Shown here: positions 1 through 12,950 of the stretch, one piece after another | Position numbering within the stretch: position 1 is the first letter of the stretch | How the letters are laid out: each line of letters begins with the position of its first letter | From: Nemertoderma westbladi | Taxonomy: Eukaryota; Animalia; Xenacoelomorpha | NCBI GenBank assembly: GCA_032718475.1 | Contig: JAUCBJ010000482.1 | Span: forward strand, 1-49,300 | Direction of reading: 5' to 3' | Length of the DNA: 49,300 bases | Notes under the pieces: model-generated | Told to the model about the DNA's origin: nothing | The model's database searches: none | Seen by the model: only the letters and a program-made list of their open reading frames with translations | Made by a program: the position numbers and the translations under genes

Positions 1-1755
1 CTAAATACCTCTGTGTATTCATCACTCCAGCATATGATGCCGCCGTTGATACTTCTTGATAAGTAAATGGAAGCCTCCGTTTGATGATTTCCAGGTGGGC
101 CTCCTGGTTAATATTAAAGAAACCCCACCAGAATTCCTGGGCCTTCATTCGCTGCCGCGTCATGACGCCGACATCGGCCCACTCCTCGAAGATCTTAAAC
201 TTCTCCTCATCGTCCATCCAGTCGCACTGGCATCTGTAGTGCCCCCGGAAGTTGCACTTAGAACACCGGTTATGCAACCATGGACACGCCCCCATCCTGT
301 GACTCGACTCGCGGCAGTAGAGGCAGCTCGTCCCCTCCTGGAATCGATACAAGCAGCTCCTTTCCTGGTGAGTAAGCCTCCCGCAGTAATCACAGCTGAG
401 TACCAACGCGTCCCGCCCCAAGTCGTCCTTTGCCCCAGACGATCTCCTCGGTCTATGGAGCCGCTGGTAAGCAAACTTCTGGACTGTTTTGGCGATCCTT
501 CCATCCACCCCAACTCTCGCCCCAGAGACTCGCCCGAGCTCCCTGATGCCCACTGCAAATCGTCCAAGGCCTGGGCCTCGAACCCGTAGCCCTCTCCTCT
601 AGCTTCCGCCTCTCTTTCGTCTGCCTCCCTCCTTTCTCGTCTAGCGATTTCTTCCAATCGCTTCTCCTCTTGTCTATCCGCCTCCAGCTTCTCCCACCTC
701 TGATATGGTGTATCCACCTCCCTGTCTACTAGATATCGGCAGTTGTAGTATACCGACTCGCCCTTCAGCCCCGGGTGGTCTGCCAGACCCTCGAAGGCCA
801 CTTTGAAGGCTCTTCTGTAGTTCAGGGGTGATCCCGACAGCAGAAACGCCGTTGGCTCTCTTCCGATAACCACGGCCATGAATAGGTTTAGTAAACCTAT
901 CATTATCCAATCCTCCTGCAGGATATATCGCTTCTGATATATCTTTATCGCTCCTCTCTGGAATTGATACACCTCCTGTTAGCCCGGCCTCGCTCCCCAC
1001 TTCAGCGAGTTCGCCAACTCCGCTCCATACTCCTCCCTGAATTTACCCCAGTCCATCGGCTTGTGGCAGATGAGCCCCATTAGCTGGCCCATCGCCACCG
1101 CTCCACAATGTCCTGTGTTCTCTACTAGTCCCAACCCGGCTGGCCCTGTCATAGCCATGTAGACTGCTTGCAGGTCCAGGAGGTTGGGGGTCTCCGGACC
1201 GATGATCCTCTCCGCATCGTCGCGGATCGCCGATCCCACCTTCATCGTCGACTTCTCCCTTACTACGTTTTGCACCGCCCTTGGCAACCAGTTCAACTCC
1301 GGCCCGCTCTTCTTCCCATACGTTCCCAGATCAAAGAGGAATATGTCCCCATTTGGCGCAGCCAAATGCAGAAGAATGGTTCTGGCTGACCCCGCCGACC
1401 CTCTCCTCGAACCCTCGTCGTCTTCCACGGTCACTTCGTCGTCTAGGACCATGTATCCTCCCCTGCTGACGGACTCTACGAACCTCTTCCAGTCCTTTAT
1501 CGGTGGTTCCCTCAGATACTTCGGTATCCCGAACTTCGCCTGGTCTCCCTTTACCACGTAGTGGAAATGCTCGAGGATCGCGTTGTCTAGCGACGGCGTC
1601 CCGTAGGTCCCGACCAGCCGCCTCTCGTGCACCTCCCTGAAATGGTCCTGCAGCGCTTGCGCCTTGTGACCCTTCTCTAACCGCTCGTAGTATCCCCTCG
1701 TCTTCTCCTCTGGATGCCTCTCGGTGAAATCTACTAGTATCTCCTTTCCACCCAT
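1..1755 (-). pseudogene. Degenerate DEDD-type 3'-5' exonuclease + triple CCHC zinc-knuckle gene, homologous to the ORF at 24735-28460; runs off the window edge
   Basis: ORF 979-1818 (ATG at 1755) has YMVLDDE, LHLAAPNGDIFLFDL, LPRAVQNVV..KVGSAIRDD and LDLQ. It continues in frame past a single TAA (981-979) into ORF 160-972 (RYILQED). After a frameshift upstream of ~400, my manual translation of another frame gives CDYCGRLTHQERSC, CLYCRESSHRMGAC and CSKCNFRGHYRCQC (394-224), then FEEWAD..WGFFNIN, open to position 1. Confidence 0.75.
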
Positions 1756-2861
1756 TTCCACCTTAAAACTGCACATACAGTAATATAACAGGAGAAAGTT
1801 GAGCAGTGAATAAAACAAAACGACTTATACTATGGCACTATTGATAATGAAACAATTTACTGTCACACAGGCCTAACAGGCTGCTCTAAACAGAAAGGCT
1901 AGTTGAATGGTGTAACCATGGAAATTGCAGTTCAACGACTCCAAGTGCAAGGACATGACAATCTAGGTTCGAGAAATCCCCAAGCAACTTACACAATGAA
2001 TAGACGGCCACTTTCATCGACAAACGAGGAACAACTGCCTACTGAACCTAATGGTGGACCACCCAAAAGCGAAGGAATTCCCTCCCTTGAGAACTTATCT
2101 TATAAACTTCCTCAAGTTTCTCATTAATAATGTTACCGAAGTTAGCGACATGGTGTATGAAAGATTATCTCCGCTTATAGCTCGACCCCATTCGCAGACG
2201 AACTGCTTCCGGACTTCAGTATTACCCTACGACTGCTGTGTGACTATTCGCGAGTACGTTGTCACCCTTTTTAGGGGAACTACCGGGTTGGTTAGCTGGC
2301 CCGCGGGATTCTCGCTGATGGAATGGTTGAGTGCACGACTCCATCTAACGGACGGTAAACGAATCCTAGAGTAGGGATGCGGCGCGGGTTTGTCCGGTAT
2401 AATTACGTGTATAAAATCACTTCCTATGGGGTACACGTTTACGGACGCGAGCGTAAACGTTCTGGACAATTTACGCGAGAATATTCGCATTAACAGCCTC
2501 AACTCGAAGTCTTCTCAATGCAAACAGAATCATCAGCTTCTAAATGGTTACATTAGAGTGCAGATTTCAGCAATCCATCTTGCTGCGCTTATTTTTCTTG
2601 CACACTATTAGAAATCCAACTACTCATGCATTGTTTACTCAGTTGCTGGACAACGCTGGTCTTATTACTGTTTACGAGAACATTGACAGACCCGAGTTGT
2701 TCTATTACGACATGAATCAACAATTTTATCTCCTTAAAATAAAAATGAGCTCCCCTTTCAAATAATTATTTAATGCAAATTTTGTTATTCTGTATATTCG
2801 CGGAATGGAAGTGTTAAGCGACGGAGAACGAATGAGGAGGAAGAACTTCGAGAACGTCATT

Positions 2862-3674
2862 ACCATTATCAAACTCATGCTAACCCAATTTATAAAAACT
2901 TAAATATTTTACCTCTCGAAAAAGTATTCGAACTTGAAGTGGCTAAATATATGTATGATATTAAAAAAATGAAAAAAACTAAAGCATTACAAAATTTATT
3001 TGAACAAACTAGTTCCATCCACAGATATAACACTAGATCAACTTCTGCACAAAATTTTTTCGTTCCACGTGTAAGACTACAGCTCACCCAGAAATCCTTA
3101 AAATTCACTGGCCCTAAAATATGGAATGCCCTCCCTAGCGATATAAAAAATGCTAAATCAAAAAAACTCGTTTTCATATAAATTAAAAAAAATATTCCTC
3201 CAGACCCTATCTTAAAAAATACCTAGAGACATTTTATTTTTTTAATTACACTCCATAAACAAACCATATTACAATAAATACAGTTAATTAATTAATTAAT
3301 AGATTATTATATTATGCAGATGGATACGGCAGTTTCGGATTCGGTCAAACCGGCACATTTTCCGGCAGGGATATTTACCAACAACAAAATCTAAAATACA
3401 CAATAAAAATTTTAACGGATACAACCGATAACTTCTCGATCCATAACCCCCCCCCCCCCCCCCCCCCGGTCAACTCGTACATATGGAGGGAGCTCTACTA
3501 GCACTGCTACTACTCCCCCCCAGTGTACATAACACCCTTATAATCATTATTGTGCTCTAAAGTTCTAAAAGTATGTACATATATATTCAATATTCTACCT
3601 TTAATTACTATGAGTGCAATCATATATAGACGGAAGAGAAATAAATAAATGAATAAAAAATAAAAATAAAAAAA
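2862..3674 (+). mobile_element. 3' fragment of a CR1/L2-group LINE (ORF2 C-terminus, 3' UTR, A-rich tail)
   Basis: THANPIYKNLNILPL..HRYNTRS..SLKFTGPKIWNALPSDIK is a typical CR1/L2/Crack ORF2 C-terminus. G/C stem-loop near 3485-3521; (AAATA)n/polyA tail at 3639-3674. Confidence 0.75.
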
Positions 3675-3785
3675 CGTAACCTGGACGAGGATGGTAACGA
3701 TTTACGGCCGTACGAAGTAGTCAGCTACCGTAAAACCCAACGTGACCCTCGCCCCCTCCCCCAACGTCGCTCAGCTCCAGCGTTT

Positions 3786-4079
3786 GTGGTGGGGACAGGT
3801 AAAGGGAGTCAAGCTGGGGGTTTGAGTGCGGCCCCAACGGACATTTTTGTCTTTCGGTTGGAAAAGGGAACCAAAGCGTTGGAGTTGATTGAGAACCTGA
3901 AGGCGCATGGTATCAACATTGGAGCGGAGGCCTTGCAACGGAAGTCACCGCAGGACTCAAGGTTAGCCAGCTTTCGTATAACTCTGTCATCTCGCGACAT
4001 CGACAAAGCGCTTGAGCCGTCTACTTGGCCTCCTGGGGTGTGCGTGAGGAAGTGGATCTATGGCGGAAGCCGGAATTAG
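3786..4079 (+). pseudogene. LINE ORF1 C-terminal RRM-like remnant
   Basis: DIFVFRL..ASFRITL..LEPSTWPPGVCVRKW resembles the C-termini of CR1/L2-group ORF1 proteins; lies immediately upstream of ORF2. Confidence 0.65.
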
Positions 4080-4117
4080 GTTATGCCTACGAGCCATTCG
4101 TTCGGTAAACTAAAGCG

Positions 4118-7019
4118 ATGGCTACCGGAACTATTCCAAGTAACGGTCAATCGAGCTCTAATATTTTCTGTGTATCTTCCTACAATAGTACAGGTTTATC
4201 ACCAGATAAGCTCGAGTTTATTAAAGTTATTTTACTAGGGTCGGATATTGTATGCTTACAAGAACATTTTGTTCTGCACGATAATATCTATAGGATTAAG
4301 AAAGAGTTTCCCCAGTCTCAGTATCATTGTATTGTTCAGCCTGCTACGTAGATAAAAGAGACAATTTTGTCTCAGATGAGTTGCTCAAGTTATTTTGCGA
4401 TATTAAAGATATTATAAATTCAGTAGAATGTGCCAATGTGTTAATTGTCGGTGATATTAATGCAGATTTCTCCCGTACATCGTCTCATGTACATGCAGTC
4501 AGCCAATTTCTACAGGAATTAAATTTTGGCCGTATGTGGGATATATTCCCTATTGATTTCACTTATACTTGTGTCAGGGAACAGACTGTGTTTCATTCTA
4601 CGTTAGATCACTTTTTTGGTAATAGTATTTTACTCGACAATGTTGTGGAATCAGATGTGGTACATTCCGGTGCCAATTTATCTTCACACTGCCCAATTTT
4701 TATAAAGTTTGATATTGGTGTTTTAAATATGCCGGCTGGTAATTTAACTGGTAATAGCAGTAATAAATGTCGAGCTAATTTGAAACGAGCCTCATGTGAA
4801 AAACAACGTGAGTTTAGTGCTAAATTAACTGGGGCACTGAATAATTTGGAATCTTTTTCGGACATTTCGTTGTGTAACAATGTTTTTTGCACCGATTGCA
4901 GTCATAGAGTAGATATAGAAAAATACACCATGGATATTCTGGAATCGATTGATAGTAGTTCTAGTTGCCTTGTTAATGGTCGAGGAAACGGGTCTGGGGG
5001 TTCATCTGATTCATCCGACCGGCCGATTCTGCCAGGCTGGACTGACCATGTTAAACCTTTCAAAGAAGAGGCCATCTTCTGGCACAGTTTATGGGTTTCT
5101 GCAGGTTGTCCCAACGCGTTCCAGAATCCACATTTGTTTCATATGCGGCGGTTAAAAAGGTCTGCTGATAAGGTTCGCCGTGATAAACTCATACAGGCAT
5201 GCCTTAAGAATAACACGGATATATTTAAGGAAATCAAGAAACTTCGTTCTGTGCCTAGCGGTGCAAGTTCGACTATTGACGGCTCTTGTGATCCGCAATC
5301 CATAGCTGATAGGTTTTCTGATATTTATTCGAATCTTTTTAATCAACCTTATGGTTCCGATGTAGAAAAAATGAACGATACAATTTCAGAGAAGCTGAGA
5401 GGGTGCTCTACTGATGATTTGCCAAGTATTTCCCCGGAATTGATTTCTGAGGGTCTTCATAGACTTAAAAGTTCAAAGTGTGACGTCACATTTGGATTTG
5501 ATTCTGATTGTTTAATAAATGGACCTCCCGAATTACGTGTACATCTGAGTAAATTATTTAATGTTTTCTTATCACATGGCTACGTTCCTCAGTTCATATT
5601 AACGTGTGTAATCATTCCACTCATTAAGGACAAGTTGGGCGATCAGAATGTTTCGAATAATTATAGAGCGATTGCACTCTCGTCGTTGTTGATCAAACTT
5701 TTTGAATGGGTAATGCTTCTTTCGCAGTCAGAATGTTTACTATTGGACGAACTGCAGTTCAGTTTTCAGTCAGGTTCTAGTACTTCTCAATGCACCTGGG
5801 CCGCATCTGAGGTCGTGGGGTTCTACTCGAGGCATTCGACTCCGGTTTATGGCTGTCTACTGGACCTGTCGAAGGCATTCGACATGGTCGAATGGTGCAA
5901 GCTGTTTCTTGAACTGTTGAAAAAGGGGGTTTCGGCGTTTTTCCTTAGAGTGTTAATATGGATATATAGTAATCAATCCTGCTGTGTGCGTTGGCAAAAT
6001 TCTGACTCTAATTCAGTTCAGTATTTCAAACGGCGTTAGGCAAGGCTCGGTGGCTAGCCCCATTCTGTTCTGTATTTTATTGGATAAGCTGATACACAAG
6101 CTACGTACTTCGAAAGTTGGGTGTCATATTGGAAAAATTTATCTTGGTATATTAGTCTACGCTGATGATATTTTTCTCCTCTGTCCGTCTATTACTGGTC
6201 TTCAATATATGGTTTCTATTTGCGAGGATTTCGCTAAGGATAATAATCTCGTCTTCAGCACAAACCCTGAACCCGCGAAATCAAAGTCAAAATGTATTCG
6301 TTTCGATTCAGTGTGGATTGAACCAAGTAATCACATTAATTTAAAAGGTGTTGATCTTCCATGGGTCCAAGAGGCGTTACATCTAGGAAATTTAATAGAT
6401 TATAAGAACACAATGGAGTCTGACATTACACGTAAGCGCGGTCAATTCATAGGAAAACTCAACTCCCTTCGCCAAGAATTTTATTTTGCAGACCGGTACC
6501 AACTGTGTAATATCCAACGTTTATATGCAACGAGTTTTTACGGCAGCAGTTTATGGGACCTGTTTTCTCCACGTGTACTAGAATTTATAGCGCTTGGAAC
6601 ATTAACATTAGGATTATTTTTGGTTTACCTCGATTAACTCACAGATTTATTGTTGAAAATTTAGTCAATTTTATGCATCCCTGTATTATGTTACAATCGA
6701 GATTTGTGTCATTTAGTTTTAGTTTACGGTCTTCAATTAAACCATCCATTCGTTTTTTGGCTGAATTGTGTTTGTTCGATTGCAGATCGCGAGCCGGTTG
6801 TAATTTAAGAAAAATTGGTAATTTGTGCAATTTCGTAATTTACGGTCATTAACTGTTAAGAATGTAAAGCAATTATCATATGTTCCGTGCGGTATTGATA
6901 ACTTATGGAAGGTCAATTTATGTAAAGAATTAATCAATTGTATCTCAGATAACTGGGAGATCCCTTATTTTAGTACAAACGAGTTAAACGATATATTGGA
7001 GTATATAGCCACAGTGTAA
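4118..7019 (+). pseudogene. LINE ORF2 (apurinic endonuclease + reverse transcriptase), split by frameshifts and an internal deletion
   Basis: APE motifs SYNSTG, IVCLQEH, IVGDINADF, LDHFF and SSHCPI (SDH position altered). RT motifs NYRAIAL, LDLSKAFD, GVRQGSVASP and YADD. Pieces: 4118-4351, 4327-6039, 5984-6637, 6553-6852, 6825-7019. Confidence 0.9.
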
Positions 7020-8148
7020 ACGATTTAATATTATTTTTTATGTATTTGTCTCATATTGGTTGTGCATCTATTCTATTCATGTGCCATCATTAACCCTGGT
7101 TTGTCTGTTCCTGTTGGCTCTGTATTTACTTACTTTACACTCTATTTGTGCTACCTAGTTATTAGTATACTTTTCTACGCTGTACTTATTACTGTGTTAA
7201 TAACGTACGATATTAAATTAAATAAATAAAATAAATAAACAATGTTATATGTGCCAGCCGGAATCACTGTGACGTCACACACATTAAACAGCCATCTGAG
7301 TTCCTTGATATTTTATTTCAAAATGCTCAAATCTTTCAACATTCGACTAATAAGTATGCTATTTCGCTTTAAATGTCATTCTTTCTTGTATTAATTCATT
7401 TCGATTATTTCATTTCTTTTAATAAAAACTACCGGTTTTTTAGAATTAAAAAAAGCACTTTTTTCACTATAAAATATTACTATTATTTTGCTTGAGTAGA
7501 ATTTTTTGAGAACCTGGACGTGAAATACTTTGAGAACTATTAGCAAAAGAACCATAAAATTAGAAGGCTTACTACCCAGTCACACTTACGTTTCTATCTT
7601 ACGGCCTATGTTCAGTTAGTAAATGGCAGTGAAGGTTAAGGGAAGATACTACTGTAAGATATGTAAAACCATATAACTCACAACTACTGTATAATAGTAT
7701 AACAACATAACACATAATATAACAATATAAAATATAACATACTACTAACTCCTCCGCCATTTTTCACTCAAATTCGATAATTTATGGCTCATTTGAAAGG
7801 TTATTTGAAGATCTTGAAAAATTATCCAGCACATTTTTGAAAAAGAAATTTGTTAAATTTTTTTGCAAATTTTAATTAATTAAATTAAAAATTGATAATT
7901 TAAAAAATTGGCTAGATAATTTTTGTAGATTCAAAGGTACTGAGTTCAAAAAAGTTGGATAAATATTAAGCTGTTTTAAAAAAATCTCCCGAGGGAGTAC
8001 CCACCACCACCCCCCCCCCCCCCCCCCCCCCCTTAAAATCAGCATGCATCCCTGAAAACATTAATAACCTGAAAATCAATGTATTTATTTATTTGATCAG
8101 TTACAAATATAGTTCAGTACAAATACAACAATTGAGTTACCAGTAACT

Positions 8149-10038
8149 TTAAGATTTATGAACAGAATTGATATGGGTGTTTAGGTAGCTTTGTCGACTG
8201 AATTCTTTATTACAATAACCGCACTTATGTTTGATACCTTTATGTATAGAATCGACATGCCGGTTTAGGTCTTGTTTGCAACTGAATTCTTTATAACAAT
8301 ATCCACAGTTATATTTGATATTTTTATGTATAAAGTCGGCATGTCGGTTTAGTTCGGCTTTTGAACCAAATGATTTTCCACATTCGGAGCAGCTATATTT
8401 GATGATACCTTTGTGGACAAAGTTAACGTGGATGTTTAGACTCCTTTGCAGGCTGAATTCTTTATTACAATAATCGCATTTATGTTTTATATCTTTGTGA
8501 ACGGATTCGATATGTTGTTTTAGTACGTGTTTGTAACTGAATTCTTTATTACAATAATCGCATTTATGTTTTATATCTTTGTGAACGGATTCGATATGTT
8601 GTTTTAGTACGTCTTTTCTAGCAAATGATTTTTCACAATGAAAACAGTTGAACTTGATATCTTTATGGGAGTAGTTGATATGGACGTTTAGATTCGCTAC
8701 CTTGGTGAATTCTTTATTACAATAACCGCATTTATGTTTGATATCCTTATGCATAGAATCGACATGTTGTTTTAGTACAGCTTTTCTAGCAAATGATTTT
8801 CCACAATGAAAACAGTTGAACTTGATATCTTTATGGGAGTAGTTGATATGGATGTTAAGATTCGTTAACTTGGTGAATTCTCTATTACAATAACCGCACT
8901 TATGTTTTATATGTTTATGTATAGAGTCGACATGGTGATTTAGTACGTGTTTGTAACGGAATTCTTTATTACAATAACCGCACTTATATTTAATATCTTT
9001 ATGTATAGAGTCGACATGGTGATTTAGTACGTATTTGTAACGGAATTCTTTATTACAATAACCGCACTTATATTTAATATCTTTATGTATAGAGTCGACA
9101 TGTTGTTTTAGATTGCATTTTGTAGCAAATGATTTTCCACAATCGGAGCAGCTATACTTGATGATACCTTTGTGGACAAAGTTAACGTGGGTGTTTAGAT
9201 TCCTTTGCTGACTGAATTCTTTATTACAATAACCGCACTTATACTTGATATCTTTATGTACAGAGTCGACATGTTGATTTAGTACGTGTTTGTAACTGAA
9301 TTCTTTATTACAATAACCGCATTTATGTTTTATATCTTTGTGAACGGATTCGAAATGTTTTTTTAGTTCGGTTTTTCTAGCAAATAAATTACCACAATCG
9401 AAACAGTTGTACTTGATTTCTTTATGAAAGTACTTGACATGGGTGTTTAGACTCCTTTGCTGGCTGAATTCTTTATTACAATAACCGCACTTATGTTTGT
9501 TATCTTTATGGGTAGCGTCAACATGCTTCTTTACATAATTTTCCATTTTAAACAGTTTCTCACAATAATCGCATTTATACTTATTCTTTACATCTTTATG
9601 AACGGATTCTATATGTCTCTCTAAAAGTTCTTTGTTATTAAATAATTCATTGCAATGCAAACAGGAACTGGTGTCTGAAGAAGATACCAAGTCCCCAACC
9701 GTTTCATTAGAACTACCGAATTCTGTTGTTGCACAACTGATTGTCGCTTCTGTGCCTTCGGTTTCAATAGGCCTACCATACGAACAGTCTGGACTGTCAT
9801 TTTCCCGTTTTTCAACAATAAAATAATCTCCTGATGGTTCATAAGAAATATCTTCGTCATCTAGTACAGGGACAACATTTACTCTACCGAACAAATTGTT
9901 GTGATCTTCGATGGTAGATGATCCGTAAACGCACTTCTCTTGTTTAACATCAAGAAAATGGGTAGTGGTTTGTTCTTTCTTTATAATTATACCGCCACCA
10001 GATGATTTATCTTTCAATAAATTAATATGTTGATCCAT
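8149..10038 (-). CDS. Intronless tandem C2H2 zinc-finger protein (18 fingers), ~629 aa
   Basis: Uninterrupted ORF with first ATG at 10038. 18 CxxC-x12-H-x4-H units, mostly 28 aa, with KDIK(Y/H)KC linkers; acidic N-terminus; minus-strand AATAAA at ~8084-8093. Confidence 0.9.
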   Translation of the reverse strand: MDQHINLLKDKSSGGGIIIKKEQTTTHFLDVKQEKCVYGSSTIEDHNNLFGRVNVVPVLDDEDISYEPSGDYFIVEKRENDSPDCSYGRPIETEGTEATISCATTEFGSSNETVGDLVSSSDTSSCLHCNELFNNKELLERHIESVHKDVKNKYKCDYCEKLFKMENYVKKHVDATHKDNKHKCGYCNKEFSQQRSLNTHVKYFHKEIKYNCFDCGNLFARKTELKKHFESVHKDIKHKCGYCNKEFSYKHVLNQHVDSVHKDIKYKCGYCNKEFSQQRNLNTHVNFVHKGIIKYSCSDCGKSFATKCNLKQHVDSIHKDIKYKCGYCNKEFRYKYVLNHHVDSIHKDIKYKCGYCNKEFRYKHVLNHHVDSIHKHIKHKCGYCNREFTKLTNLNIHINYSHKDIKFNCFHCGKSFARKAVLKQHVDSMHKDIKHKCGYCNKEFTKVANLNVHINYSHKDIKFNCFHCEKSFARKDVLKQHIESVHKDIKHKCDYCNKEFSYKHVLKQHIESVHKDIKHKCDYCNKEFSLQRSLNIHVNFVHKGIIKYSCSECGKSFGSKAELNRHADFIHKNIKYNCGYCYKEFSCKQDLNRHVDSIHKGIKHKCGYCNKEFSRQSYLNTHINSVHKS

Positions 10039-10900
10039 TATCAAATCTTCAGTAAAACTTAATCAATACATTAAATACAGGTGGCAGTAGTTTTAGGTAT
10101 ATCAAGCTTTTCATTAAACCCAATTTGTTTATAATGTCCGATATCAGTACTATACATCTATATCGTATCAGTCGTATAAAAACACTTTACGGGGTCATAG
10201 GCTGGAGCCTGTATTACATATAGAAGCACCTATATTTATAAACATCGAGGCAGAAAACAATAGTTGGATATTTTTTTTCCGATGAAAATTCGAAATTTTT
10301 TAATTCACAATGCAAAATGAAACGCCAGAACGCGAGCAAAACTCAAAGCGAGCGAAATTTCGACATTTGAGCAATCTGACAATGCAAAATGCTTAAATTT
10401 TTTGTGGCAAATTATTTTTCTCATTTCTGCACTTTGCATGCATGTTAACTTTTTTATACCTCATCTGCCTGTCCACGCACTTTATGACTTTTGATATTTT
10501 GCACAGATTACTGCGCACTTTTGGTGTCTTTCACATAATTTCGCGCACTTTTATTTCAATTCCACATGCTTTTACCGTGCACTATATCAAATATGCGCAC
10601 AACGTGTTGCGATGCAGCCTGGAACTGGGGGGGGGGGGGGGGGACTTTCCTACGCTTCCTGGAGTTCTTCCTTTGCCTGTACAGCTGTATATATCTGACG
10701 CTGACAGCCTGATGATATTTCACTTTGCTGCTTTGTACAGTTGTATTCTTTGAGCTGTTGAGACAGTTGCTGCAATCGATTGGCGAGCGAAGCGAGCCGA
10801 GAAAATTTTACACAATTATATTTATAATGATATCACCTTAATGAATTTTCCAGCCACGCCTGCACCACGTGCAACGTGGGGTGATTTTTTACGGGTGACA

Positions 10901-11485
10901 GACCGAACGTAATCAGGATCGAATGTAACATAGTTTTTACGAATCGAACGTAACCTCAATTATGTTACATTGGATCCTATAACTATGTTACATTCGATCT
11001 ACAAATTACTAAGCTCGAACGTAACATACATTTATTTCAGTTGTGTTTTGATTTCAGGAGTTAACCGATGAAATGCTTCGTTTATTTACAGGAAGAAACA
11101 GTTTGGTGGTGGTGAGTACAAAACAAAGACCCATGCTGCCATGAGACACAATTACGTGACCTGCAATCTTGTAACATGTGTTAACTTTCGTTTATTGTTT
11201 TGGTTCCCCCAACTGCCAACACGCCTCTATAACCTGCTCCTTTCAGCCTTTAAATAAAAGTAACCTGCATAATCTTGTAACATCTGTTAACCTTGGTTTA
11301 TTGTTTTGGTTCCCCCAACACGCCTCTGTAACCTGCTCCTTTAAATTTGTAAATGGCAATGTTACATTCGAGCTTAGTAATTTGTAGATCGAATGTAACA
11401 TAGTTAAAGGATCCAATGTAACATAATTGCAGTTACGTTCGATACGAAATAACTATGTTACATTCGATCCTGATTACGTTCGGTC
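10901..11485. mobile_element. Non-autonomous TIR element (MITE-like) with ~125-bp imperfect inverted repeats
   Basis: GACCGAACGTAATCAGGATCGAATGTAACATAGTT... at 10901 is mirrored by ...AACTATGTTACATTCGATCCTGATTACGTTCGGTC ending at 11485; no clear TSD. Confidence 0.75.
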
Positions 11486-12950
11486 ATGTATCCATTTTTT
11501 ACTTATAACCAGAATTTTGGTCTTTCTGGAGTTAATAAAAAGACCAACACTAGAAGCAGCATGTTCTAATGAGCTGAGGAGCCGTTGGGCTCCCTCTAAT
11601 GATTCTGAGAGTACTCCTAAGTCATCAGCAAAGTCTAGATCAGTTAGGTACTTGGCAGGATTTCCTCGACTTCTGGAGCCAGTAGGTGGAGTTATCATCA
11701 CCCCATCATCATTATGATGATCTAAGGACATGCGTAGAACATAGTCAACCACAATAATGAACAAGAATGGTGCAAGTGTGTCTCCTTGGAGGACGCCCCA
11801 TAACACTTCAAATGGTTCTGTGTCACCGTCAACAGTAGACACAAATGTTGTCGAACCATCGTATACTGATCTGATTGCTGCAATAATTTCATCAGGAATC
11901 CCATATAATGAAAGTATGCTGAACATACGTGAGCGAGAGACTGAATCAAAGGCCTTGAAGAAGTCAACAAAGATAACAGCCAGATGCCTGTCTTTCTTTT
12001 TTGATAATTCTTCAATTATCCTTCTAAGTGCCAAAATGGGCTCCATGGTCCCACGACCTTTACGGAACCCATTCTGATTTCCACGGAGCAGTCTCTCAAT
12101 GGGATCCCTGATGCGATTTAATAGAATCCTATTGTATAGCTTTGCAGCAATCGAGATCAATGAGATTCCCCGAAAAGAACCATAGAGTGTTAGGTTGCCC
12201 TTCTTGGGAACTGGCACCAACTTATTTGTTTTCATTTCTTGTGGGACTCTTGTTGTTCGGTACATGTCTACTATGATCGGATAGATGAGCTTTAAACACT
12301 CAGGTATTTTAAAGACCTCAGGGGGAACACCATCTACTCCACTGGCACGATTGGTCTTAATGCTCTTTGCAGCAGCCTTCACTTCTGCAAAGGAGATATC
12401 GCCAATGGGAATATCTGGGAGTACAGACTCAGACACTTTTACTTCTATAAAGTTATCAGGCAATACCCTGTCATTATTGAGGAGCTTTTCAAAGTGGGCT
12501 TTCCAACCATTGAGGCGATCGGCTGATGATTCAGCCTTAACCTTGGTGGTTGGTTGGCTTTTCCGCCCAGTAAGCAGATTGATTGATTTCCATGCCTGGG
12601 ATGATTGCCTGCTGTCGTCAGCATCATTGATGGCATCAACCTGTTGGTTTATTAGCTCCTGTAGATTAACAGAGTACTGCCTGTTCAGGGACCTAGATGC
12701 AGCCTTAACTGCATTCTTGGCCGCTGTAGTCTGTTTGAGTCGGGACTCTTTCTGCGCCCTATGAAGGTCATTTCGGCACTTCTGAATTTTGTTGTCAGTC
12801 CAGGGGGCCCTTTTCCTGTTTCGAGGGTATACAGGAACTGTTTCACCTGACGCCTGATAACGCCTACTGCACGCGTGATTCGTTGCTGCACGCACCAGAT
12901 ATGGTCGAAAACTGCCATACTCTGCAACCTGGCGGTACAGTACCGGTACT
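11486..12950 (-). pseudogene. RTE-type LINE reverse transcriptase fragment
   Basis: PVPKKGNL..FRGISL, NQNGFRKGRGT, FVDFFKAFDSV, GVLQGDTLAPFLF, DLDFADD; truncated shortly after FADD at the TIR element; no endonuclease seen. Confidence 0.85.

Larger units (their letters stand above)
3675..7240 (+). mobile_element. 5'-truncated, degenerate CR1/L2-group LINE (ORF1 remnant + APE-RT ORF2)
   Basis: ORF1 RRM-like remnant followed by a frameshifted ORF2 with APE and RT motifs; ends in a (TAAA)n tail at ~7214-7239. Confidence 0.85.

Noticed and set aside
56-589. 177-aa plus-strand ORF
   Set aside because: Antisense shadow of the minus-strand zinc-knuckle frame; no recognisable motifs.
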